DNA from: Catajapyx aquilonaris
Taxonomy: Eukaryota
Length of the DNA: 20,000 bases
Assembly (NCBI GenBank): GCA_000934665.2
Contig: KZ538451.1
Span: forward strand, 49,611-69,610
Direction: 5' to 3'
The translations under genes were made by a program, and so were the position numbers. Below the pieces are notes generated by a model. The model saw only the letters and a list, made by a program, of their open reading frames with translations, was not told the origin of the DNA and did no database searches. Every line of letters starts with the position of its first letter. Position 1 is the first letter of the stretch. Positions 10,996 through 20,000 of the stretch are shown here, one piece after another.

Positions 10996-11403
10996 GTAAG
11001 TGTCCAGGGTGGTGCCTTGCCCAAGTCCTCAGTTCAAAAGGAGGGTAGGAGAAGAAGTTGCATGATTATTCTCTCTAGCTTTAGTTTTAGTTTAAAAACA
11101 AACAACAATCGCATGAAGCAAATATGATCCTGATTGTTGCTTCTCTTAACCTATTTGCCGGGGTAAGCAACACATATCTTCTCCCCTTAGTCCCGGCCAA
11201 AGATAAGCCAACTCCAAAAGAATAACAAAGGAAACAATGGGCTTGTGATTGAACCCAGTTACTTACTCATATGATGTTTTTAATTTTGCCTTCTTTGGAT
11301 TGCCGGATTTGGGCCATCATGCCACCCTCTGTCAGGCATAGCCTAACAATTGACCAATACTTGAGTGAGGAAATGATGGATAATGTGACATTTGACATTT
11401 CAG

Positions 11404-11538
11404 AACGACTTCCAGCAGGCATGGCACCACTACCTGGCCGCCTTGCGATTGGACCCGACCAACCCAATTCTCATGGATAACATTGAGAAACTGCATAGAG
11501 CAGAAGTACAACGGACTGTAGAAACGCTCTGCAGTTAG
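11404..11538 (+). CDS. TMTC1: TMTC1-like TPR protein, terminal coding exon with stop codon
   Basis: Acceptor GACATTTCAG|AAC (phase 0). Translates NDFQQAWHHYLAALRLDPTNPILMDNIEKLHRAEVQRTVETLCS*, with TAG at 11536-11538. Matches the TMTC end pattern A..Y..AL.L.P......N..KL. Confidence 0.9.
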   Translation, partial: NDFQQAWHHYLAALRLDPTNPILMDNIEKLHRAEVQRTVETLCS

Positions 11539-11583
11539 GCAATGTCACAAAAAGTACAAAAAAAGTTCAAGAAAAAATAAGCG

Positions 11584-11589
11584 ATTAAA
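11584..11589 (+). promoter_or_regulatory. Candidate polyadenylation signal (ATTAAA) of the TPR gene; alternative AATAAA at 11781-11786
   Basis: First canonical-type hexamer after the stop codon. No transcript evidence. Confidence 0.3.
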
Positions 11590-11625
11590 AACCATGTCTC
11601 AGTGATATACGGTATATTCCGCCTA

Positions 11626-12300
11626 CAGGGTGAGCCAGCATTGATGTTTAGCTTTCTGAAGAGTAGGCCTATTTTGAAATGCCATAAGAATGTAGGTTGG
11701 AGGAGCGTGAATAACTACACCAACTGGATACGACCATGCGCAAATGCAAATACTTGGTAATACTCACGTGTCAGTTGATGAATAAAAGTTTAGAGCAGGT
11801 AGGCCTATTATTTATATGGTACAATAGCCATTATTGTCATACTGGACTGTGCAAAAGTTGAGAATTTAGGACTAAAAGCATGTATTTCTTATACACAGTT
11901 CCTTTTTTAGAGAAGCAGGCCTTATTTTATTGAAACTACGGTTATAATTTAATGCGGTGATTAATATAACATCCCGTTCATTTTTGGTACTTGCTATGCT
12001 TTGTCGTAGCACATTATCACAGATGCTTATTTATATCAAATTGCTCATGTCGAATTTTTATAACATAAAATAACCTAATGTTACAGTAAAGAGTCGTTAT
12101 ACGATACTTCTAAAGCAAAACAAGCAGAAATACATGACCCCCCCCCCCCAAAAAAAAAAACACTCACTTTCTTGCCTACCATTTTCAAGCAAAGTAACGG
12201 TTTAAAGTATGAGCCAGATAAAATTAGATCACACCGAAATGTGGCAGTGTGGCCTACGGTAACTCAGGAAAAATCAAAGAATCAATCCTGGCTCACTCTA
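11626..12300. mobile_element. Decayed Tc1/mariner-type MITE just downstream of the stop codon
   Basis: Left TA|CAGGGTGAGCCAGCATTGAT; right reverse-complemented TAGAGTGAGCCAGGATTGAT (17/20). Weaker similarity continues to a shared GTAGGCC. The right-hand TA is not intact. Confidence 0.55.
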
Positions 12301-12402
12301 GTGTGTATGGGGTGACACATAAATAACGGCAAATTTTGCAGGAAAACTTTCTCCCACGTTTTTACGCATGAAGTACAACGTATTATGGCCTAATACGTTA
12401 TA

Positions 12403-13315
12403 GAGGGTGTCCAAAAAGAAAATTCAAACGAGGTTTTATCAGGTGACATATCCCTTTGATCGATTTGTTACAAAGTTCATGACGTTCTTATCACTTATAC
12501 ACGCATGCAGTATCAAATAGTTCATTTTTGGCATAGAGTAAATATTACTAGCCCACACACCTGGTGTAATTACAATGTATCTATTTAACCCACCCATTGT
12601 CTCAGATAAAACAAATCAACATCCTACTTAAGTGCAGCCTATGTCTGAAAGTGTTTCTATATCCATTGTTCTGTCGGTAACTTCCAACTACAACTACTCA
12701 TTATTATTTTTCATCCAGTCGACTATACGTCTTCCTCTGCGACATATTCATCAGCAATGAGTTATTTGCTGCAAAATCCGTGGACCTTCTATTATGTACT
12801 AGCTGCGGCACCCGGCGCAGCGCGGCGTTGCCCGGGAAGAAATGAATGAAGGGAAAACACCTGCCAGTACCCCCGTCAACTGTCTGTCTTTCTGTGTGTC
12901 CGCCCACAAATGCCATCTGTGGTCCTGCTACTCCAACACCTTGAACGTCTCCCGCCTGTATAACGGCAACCGTCATTTGCCTGCCATCTGTAGTCAACCC
13001 CAAACACCTCCATCCTCTCCCGGCCTGGGGGTGGAACACTGATGGCAGGCAAATGACTGTTGGCAGGCGGACAGACAGACAGACAGACAGACAGACTCAC
13101 AAACTACTTTATTTATATAGATTATACGTACACCTAACGACCAATATGTGTTGTATTTGTCACATCGTTCTTATGGTAAATGGTAAACTTCTTTGAATCC
13201 CAACCTCCTGCTCGTTGTGCAAACTTGCTACAACCATGCTAATGAAATGTCGCTTGTCTCTCACCAATGCAATGATGATAAAATACACCTATTGCTTTTC
13301 TTTTTGGACACTCTG
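12403..13315. mobile_element. Tc1/mariner-type MITE with TA TSD, carrying a nested Helitron
   Basis: Left TA|GAGGGTGTCCAAAAAGAAAA; right reverse-complemented TA|CAGAGTGTCCAAAAAGAAAA (18/20). TA at 12401-12402 and 13316-13317. Confidence 0.72.
12799..13121 (-). mobile_element. Non-autonomous Helitron (323 bp)
   Basis: Minus strand begins A|TCTATATAAATAAAG, followed by a (CTGT)n microsatellite (13071-13096). It ends with a GC-rich hairpin region CCCGGGCAACGCCGCGCTGCGCCGGG then GCAGCTAG|T. Inserted in an AT dinucleotide without TSD, which are canonical Helitron termini. Confidence 0.88.
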
Positions 13316-13579
13316 TATCATGAGTTCAGACTGATTCTCTTTCAAGCTGTGATGCCATCACACTTATGCAAGTGTATCTGTTATTATGGCTTAAAATTCA
13401 GGCACCATTATGAACAGACGTGAACTGCCGTGTTCTATATTTCGCTATGAAAATGATATGAGAAGATTACCCAACATTAGACATGGCAAAAGAGCAAGTT
13501 ATTTATGTCCCATCCTGTGCGGAAAAATCAACACTTTTTTTTGGCAAAAAAATCTCAATGTACATATAACTGCTGTGAG

Positions 13580-13943
13580 AAGGGCCGGATTTATCTCTCC
13601 CCTCCTTAGCCCCCCCCCCCCTTTCCTCAGACGACCTAAAGCAATGTTAACCTGCCTCCCCTTTCCCCCGCCTCTTCCCACCTACAATGTTGCTCGCTCG
13701 CTCTCTGGAGACCTTCTACAAGAGCAGGGGCCATTTGTTCCCCGCTTTGCATATACTTGAAAGAAGAAATGTCTCCACGTGCGCCACTGAGGACTTACAA
13801 ACAGCACCATCTCTAGCATGCTCGTACAGATCCGATTTTATGGCTGAAGGAAAAAGCGATTGTCAAGAAGAAGCGGCCCTTCCAGCAGTAGTGCCGCCCA
13901 TATAGACAAAGGCCTTTTCCGCCTGGTGGTAAATCCGGCCCTG
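13580..13943. mobile_element. hAT-type MITE with 8-bp TSD
   Basis: TIRs (A)AGGGCCGGATTTA ... TAAATCCGGCCCTG. Flanks GCTGTGAG (13572-13579) and ACTGTGAG (13944-13951) match 7/8. Confidence 0.85.
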
Positions 13944-15259
13944 ACTGTGAGCTTATGCACTGATGTGAGCTTTTATTTTGGTACGCATTCAAACTTTTGT
14001 CTTGTGTCACCAAAAAAGCGGTGGATTTTTCAAGATAACAATAAAAAAAAGGAAGTGGAAGGGACAAATTATACATTTCAACTTGAAGGAGGGCTAATAC
14101 CAAGAATCCAAAAGTTGCCCCAAGATGTAACTCTTCCAGGAGCTGAATATTCATGATCGGTCCACATGGCACACCCTGCGACAAGTTATTAATTTGCATC
14201 CGAAGGAATTAATCTCCGGTTGCCAACGACAGCCTCAGTAGGGTGGTGGTGGTGGATGGAGTAGGAACACCCAAAATTTGCAACTTGCACCGGCCTAAAA
14301 TTATTCTTGCCGACATCAAGCTGCGTGTTCCTGATGCAAATGAGCATCCGGAGGTCAGGAAAAGTTTGAGGTGTGGCTGGGTAAGAGGCCACTTGTGGAA
14401 AAACTTTTAGATTTCGATGAATATGGCAAGTTAGTGGCGGAATCATTCAATTATTCTGGTAGAAATAGTGTGAACGTCAATTTCAATATGCTATAGGCCC
14501 TACTTGTCACGTTGTGAAATGGAGGAGGCGTTCAAGTGCTGGCCTAAATTAGTATAGCAGAGTTAGAGCACACCACGTTCCTCGGATCGAAGTGAAATCA
14601 ATGGACTTTGTAGTACTCTCAATGGATGGAACCTTTTTACCCCGTACATTGGACCCTCTTAGTTGCAGAGCCAACGTCACGCATCTCACCAACTTTTTTA
14701 TTTGAATTACCATTATACTGTACATTTCACAAGGTAGGCCTCCTGAGCAGTGCCAGAGAGTATAGGAGAGGAACCAGGCTAGATCATAGTGGAGGAACTT
14801 TTCCTCCAGAAAGAGTCCCATAACACTTTGTTGCATAGCCCAACCACGCAGCTATTTATTTGAAATACTTGAAGACATCGAGAGAGAAAAACGATCAAGG
14901 TCCACCTTTTGTCAAAAATTAGTTACATCTTGGGATAGTTTGACTAGCGTAGAATATGATGGTTTGGTCGTTGTTGTGGTGAAATGATCATAGTTCGCTG
15001 TGGGAGACACTGAAATATTTGGCGTTGTTGGAAAAACGATCAACGTCCACCACCTTTGGGGGGAAATTGATCAACGTCTACCCCATGGCTGTAGAAGACT
15101 CAGGTTAGGTCCCCTCCCCACCCACCCCCTGCCGAGGGATTACGCACCGGGTGCTCACCTGAGACCGCCACGAGACATTTCCCAGAGCTATCATGTGGCG
15201 ACCCTACCGGACTAAGGCTGAACTTCATAGGTATGAAATAGTCCGGGTGCTAAGGGGTT

Positions 15260-16770
15260 GAACTTTGCATTTTGTGACAAAAGTATGAAACTCGGTACAC
15301 TTGTTCTTTGGACACTTCTGATCATATCTGGACGTGGATCCACGATGACCCACCCCGGTGGTGGTCCATTTCGCAGGGTTTCCATAACTACCAGATGCAG
15401 CATCCTTTTAGGACCTTGTATTGGGTGACAAAAACATGAAACTCGCCACAATTGGTCTTTGGACACTTCTGAACATGTCTGGATGTGGGGTCATGATGAC
15501 TGACACCGCTGTGGGTCACTTGCAGGGTTACCAGATCTAACGGACCAAACATACATCTCTGCAAAGATCATGTGAATTGGGAGCTTGCATTCGGTGATAA
15601 AAACGTGGAACTCGGTACGGTAGTTCTTTGAACACATCTCAACATATCTGGACGTGGGGTCACGGTGGGTGACCCCTGGTGGCCTCGCCAGGGGTCACTA
15701 TCGCGGAGTTGCCAAATCGAACATGCGTTGGACACCTTTACATGAATATGGGCCTTGCATTCGGTGATAAAACACTGCTAAAACATGAAACTCGCCCCAA
15801 TTGGTCTTTGGACACTACTGAACATGTCTGGATGTGATGCCACTATGGATGATCCCGCTGGGGGTCACTCGCAGGGTTGCCAGATCTAATGGGCTCTCTA
15901 AGTAAACTATGTGAATAGGGAGCTTGCGTTTGGTGACAAAGACGTGAAACTTGGTAGAATTGTTCTTTGGACACTTCCGAACATATCTGGACGTGGGGTG
16001 ACGATGACCCACCCCGAGGGAGGGCACTATCGCGGCGTTGCCGTATATAGTCGGGGAAACCTAGGAATACTCCATATGAATAGGGAGCTTGGATTCGGTG
16101 ACAAAGCCATAAAACTTGGTACGTTAGTTCTTTGGACACTTCCGAACATATCTGGACGTGGAGCCACGATGACCCACCGAATGCAAGCTCATTATTTAAA
16201 TATAAACACATGTTGCACATTCTGTTAGATATGGCAACCCTGCGATAGTGCCCTCCCTCGGGGTGGGTCATCGTGGCTCCACGTCCAGATATGTTCGGTA
16301 GTGTGCAAAGAACAATTCTACCAAGTTTCACGTCTTTGTCACCAAATGCAAGCTCCCTATCAAAATATAAACGCATATTGCACAGTCTGTTAGATTTGGT
16401 AACACCATGATAGTGCCCTCCACCGGGGTGGGTCATCGTGGCCCCACGTCCAGAAATGTTCGGTAGTGTACAAAGAACTATATTGTACCGAGTTTCACGT
16501 CTTTGCCACCGAATGCAAGCTCCCTATTCACATAGTTTACTTAGAGAGCCCATTAGATCTGGCAACCCTGCGAGTGACCCCCAGCAGGGTCATCCATAGT
16601 GGCCTCACATCCAGACATGTTCAGTAGTGTCCAAAGACCAATTGGGGCGAGTTTCATGTTTTAGCAGTGTTTTATCACCGAATGCAAGGCCCATATTTAT
16701 GTAAAGGTGTCCAACGCATGTTCGATTTAGCAACTCCGCGATAGTGACCCCTGGCGAGGCAACCAGGGGT
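15260..16770. repeat. Head-to-head arrays of a ~165-170-bp tandem repeat (satellite-like, possibly Helentron/HINE central repeats)
   Basis: The marker GAGCTTGCATTCGGTGACAAA...GAAACTCGGTAC...TTCTTTGGACACTTCCGAACATATCTGGACGTGG recurs on + at ~15261, 15411, 15581, 15751, 15920 and 16085. Its reverse complement recurs at ~16183, 16348, 16515 and 16684. Confidence 0.9.
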
Positions 16771-17661
16771 TGGGTTAGCTTGCGTCTCCCTTCATCGCTG
16801 ACTACCCCTCATAGGGAAATGTCGTGATGTTGATGATGATGATGAGTATTATTATTACTCATAGAAATAACAATTCAACAAGTATTACAGTGAAGGCATG
16901 AATCGATATATTTATTTTCAAAATATAATTTTCATCAACGCAATAAAAATGAGGATATGTGAACCACATGATCCAGTTGCTAAATAAATAAAGTGTTTTT
17001 CATTGGCACATGCGACTGTTCTATTTGAAGGCACCATCGCAGGGGGCAAGTTTTAATTAGCGACTGAATGCCTATTACTCACACTAGTAGGCTGTGAGTC
17101 ATGGTTTCACATATTGCCCAACTGACTGTGGAAAAATATGTTAATAATTTTTCTGACAGCATATGAATATCTGCATTTAGATTATTATTCGATTAGAACC
17201 CACACAATACATAGCAAGATAACTTCATCAACAAGGAATTCATAGGGTACTGTTACTTACACATGTCTAATCAAAGATTCTTGGCAAAGAAAAATATAAG
17301 AGGATACATGGACGAGAATAAATAGCTGCTGATAAGAGCACTCAACATCATAAGGCTGCATAATAATGTAACACCATGACTCAAAAATTATTAAATTGAC
17401 TGGGTTTATTAAGTGGTAGCTAAACATCTGCAGAGTGCAGAGTCATAGAGCAAGGGGTTGATTTATAGTACAGTACATGAATATTTTTTAATATCATAAT
17501 GGTCACACTCCTTCCTGTTGACATCCTTATTTTGTATTGTAATTGGCACAAGATGAATTATAGGCAGCACTCTCAGTGACGTGTGGGAATTGAGGTCGAT
17601 GGTCCTGTTCCTTCAAATGAGATTTGAGGAGAGAGCTATTTACACACCCTTGTGAATTAGC

Positions 17662-17988
17662 ATGACTGATAATTATGGCGGTCTTTATTTCCTGACCGAG
17701 AAAATTTTCTGCTGCATAATATGGAGCAACATATTGTATGGTCGTTCTCCTGAGTGAGTTCTCTTGTGCCTGTACAAGATCCTTGCATCACTAAATGTCC
17801 TCTTACACACATCACGGCTTCTCAGCAGAATGTTTCCTCATATGGCAAAGCAAACTAATTTTGCAGAAGAAGGCTCTGTTACAATATGAGCATGAGTGTC
17901 ACTTTCTTTGGACATCATGAGATATGCTTCTTCAGGTTACTTCTTGCAGCAAAGGACTTTTTGTATTATACAGTGTGCATGTATGTGG
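17662..17988 (-). pseudogene. Decayed C2H2 (Kruppel-type) zinc-finger array, about four fingers
   Basis: Minus-strand translation across frameshifts: PHTCTLYN/KSFAARSNLKKHIS*; HSCSYCNRAFFCKISLLCHMRKHSAEKP; DVCKRTFSDARILYRHKRTHSGERPY; CSILCSRKFSRSGNKDRH. H-C linkers HSAEKP and HSGERPY are present, with several frameshifts and a stop. Confidence 0.88.
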
Positions 17989-18060
17989 TTAGACTTAGAG
18001 AGAACAAGTAGTGTACACTGGAGAGTTAACTCTGAATAGAGCTGATAAGGTTTTATGGGG

Positions 18061-19394
18061 TAATCTGGTTATCTTGTTGACCCCAATATCACCCTTGTAG
18101 CTCAGCATCTTCCTCCCTGTTACACTCATATCAGATACACACAAATCGCACACCCATCTTCTAAAAACTACACCATGTTACAACACCATCATGTGGCAAA
18201 ATTATTTACCTTTCCTTTTCTTCAAGTCAGAACGAACGGGCCTTGTCATCTGAGCTATGTGAAGGAATATATTCATCCCCAGAGACACTCAAATCAGTCA
18301 AAGACTGGTGGCTCTCCTCTGTGTCCTCATACCTTGCCTTATAATCAGGACTCTGCAAGTTGCAAAATCAGTGGTAAGGATCATTTAATTCCACCCAATC
18401 CTTCTCTACTATTAATTAATTTACTTGTTCATTTATTTAAATAATATTATCATTCCACATATTCCATCGGCCTTAATTAATTACATCCATGCAGTTCATA
18501 TGATTCGCTTTGGTGAAATTCAGTCACCCTGAATTTTACAAACAGATGCTTGTTTCCTCCTGGTCATCCTTCTGCTTGGGCCAGGAGATGGTTCACTCGA
18601 TGGATCAATTGCAGCGGATGGCATGCATTCATCCTCATCAGGTTGAGAGCCACTGGAGACTTTTGAAGCAGTGGTCTAGGGCAGAAAAATGATAGTGTGC
18701 CTGAGATTGCAGACTTGGCATATATTTCGGAACACAACAACTCTTGGCAGTCTGATGCCATACTCATTAATATTATATTTTATGAACATGATATAAAACG
18801 GGGTTGGCACAGTGGCATTACTCAGCACTACTAATCTACTAGTCAGTGCACACATTAAAGCAGGCACTCTACTTTAAAGCCAACTTTAAACTTCAGTCTA
18901 CATTCCAGGTCACACTAAACTGTTGGCTCTGAATGCCGACGATGTTTTTTTTAAAAAAACAATAATCCGGTTATCTTGTTATGCATCATTACCCTTGTAA
19001 TCACCACCACACCCCCTTCTAACCCCAGTAACAAAAACATTAATCACCAACAGCCTTATTAGTAAGAAAACAATCCAACCTCCCTGAAAACTACACCATG
19101 TTATGATCCCTAAAACCGAAGCAGGTTGGCATAGTGGATAAGGCGTCCGACTGCTAATCGGGAGGTCCTGGGTTCGAATCCCGGTGCCGGCAACTCTAAC
19201 CGTGGTTTTCTGTGGTTTCCCACGGTTTCTCCAGGAGAATTCCGGAGTTGTTTCCTAATAAACAGGCCACAGCCGCCCCCTTCCTTTCCTATCCTCTCCC
19301 AAAAAGCAATAAGTAAAAATGCAAGCAAAGAGTTCCAGACAAAACAAAAATTCCCCCCTAAAGAGCCGCCGGCTAATAACGGTATGAATTATTA

Positions 19395-19461
<67 letters not shown>

Positions 19462-19831
19462 GATCCCTAAAATAATGAAGCTAAACAAACCTTTCCTTTT
19501 CGCTTCTTTCTCTTCCTCTTCAAGGAAGCACAAGGTTTGTCAGATGAGTGAGATGATATTCATCCCCAGAGTCACTCTTACAATTACCCAAGGACTGGTC
19601 ACTGTCCTCTGTGTCCTTATATGCAGGAGCCTGGAAGTTGCGAAAACATGGCAAGGAAGGTCTAATCTCACTCAATCATCCATTCTCATAAGTGTTTTAT
19701 TCGCAGTAGTTCGTAACGACCCAGCAACTTTGTGTAACCTATATATAACAATCCACGTGTTCACATCTATTAGCAATAATATCACATCCTTGCAGGTTTG
19801 ATTATTTAATTCTGTGATTTTCGGTCACCCT
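18061..19831 (-). pseudogene. Probable upstream exons of the zinc-finger relic, as an old tandem duplication (18061-18530 and 18963-19831)
   Basis: Shared blocks: TAATC(T/C)GGTTATCTTGTT; AAAACTACACCATGTTA (18164-18180, 19087-19103); ATATTCATCCCCAGAG (18269-18284, 19556-19571); GTCACCCT. Minus-strand peptides YEDTEESHQSLTDLSVSGDEYIPS and YKDTEDSDQSLGNCKSDSGDEY, with GT-AG introns at equivalent positions. Linkage to the finger array is inferred from strand and adjacency. Confidence 0.6.
19116..19457 (+). mobile_element. tRNA-derived SINE with (ATT)n tail and 15-bp TSD
   Basis: A box TGGCATAGTGG (19127-19137), B box GGTTCGAATCC (19171-19181), (ATT)n tail ~19388-19460. TSD TTATGATCCCTAAAA at 19101-19115 and 19458-19472. 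Confidence 0.93.
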
Positions 19832-19905
19832 CTGTGTCTGTTGAACATTACCCCTAGCTGACATAGTTTTGACAGAATTATCAAGCTCTGCCATCGAAAT
19901 ACGTA

Positions 19906-20000
19906 CTCTCTAAAAAAATAAGAGTTAAATTAACTCTTTTAAACCTTGAAAGTGGTCATTACCAAAAATGAGTTATAATAACTCCTTGCTGGAGTTCAAA
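19906..20000. mobile_element. Possible left end of another CAC/CTC-type MITE, cut by the window edge
   Basis: TA|CTCTCTAAAAAAATAAGAGTT followed by repeated GAGTT/AACTC motifs. The partner end is not visible. Confidence 0.3.

Noticed and set aside
11629..11760. Candidate terminal exon starting CTACAG|GGT (GEPALMFSF...)
   Set aside because: It is not TPR-like, coincides with a transposon TIR, and the real terminal exon is at 11404-11538.
14860..15080. Diverged direct repeat around GAAAAACGATCAA(G/C)GTCCACC
   Set aside because: It is real but consists of two short copies with no termini or other structure, so no function or element can be supported.
15843..16436. 197-aa and 105-aa ORFs with internal repeats
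   Set aside because: They lie wholly in the tandem array. A 165-bp unit keeps the frame, the same peptide appears on both strands through the inversion, and there is no domain or splice support.
15260..16770. CRISPR-like appearance of the recurring motifs
   Set aside because: The whole ~167-bp unit is homologous with no unique spacers, there are no cas genes, and the context is eukaryotic.
18690..18770. ZAD-like motif LPRVVVFRNICQVC on the minus strand
   Set aside because: Only one CxxC with atypical spacing and no first cysteine pair, which is too weak to call.
19120..19192. Functional tRNA-Ser(GCT) gene
   Set aside because: The acceptor stem does not pair, there is no long variable arm, and it is followed by a SINE body, tail and TSD.
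19255..19533. Poly-Ile, transmembrane-like ORF
   Set aside because: It is the antisense translation of the SINE (ATT)n tail.

Overview
Eukaryotic, probably invertebrate animal, genomic DNA that is AT-rich and repeat-dense, with one 107-N assembly gap. The first 11.5 kb hold the 3' six coding exons of a + strand TPR-repeat gene (1057-1268, 8013-8151, 9653-9800, 10573-10845, 10918-10995, 11404-11538). All introns are GT-AG with matching phases, and the exons join into a 327-aa open C-terminus resembling TMTC1 (protein O-mannosyltransferase). The introns and downstream region contain many non-autonomous elements: three Tc1/mariner-type TA MITEs, a CACTG-ended MITE nested in one TIR, a short Helitron nested in another, a hAT MITE with 8-bp TSD, a ~590-bp fold-back, a head-to-head ~165-170-bp satellite array, a tRNA-derived SINE with 15-bp TSD and an orphan tRNA-like cloverleaf. 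A decayed, spliced, partly tandem-duplicated C2H2 zinc-finger gene lies on the - strand at about 17.66-19.83 kb and is not visible in the ORF track. I cannot support a wholly new biological system. The best leads are the tRNA-like cassette with TG...CA-like ends, the MITE that appears to have inserted into TA^TA without duplication, and the zinc-finger relic.
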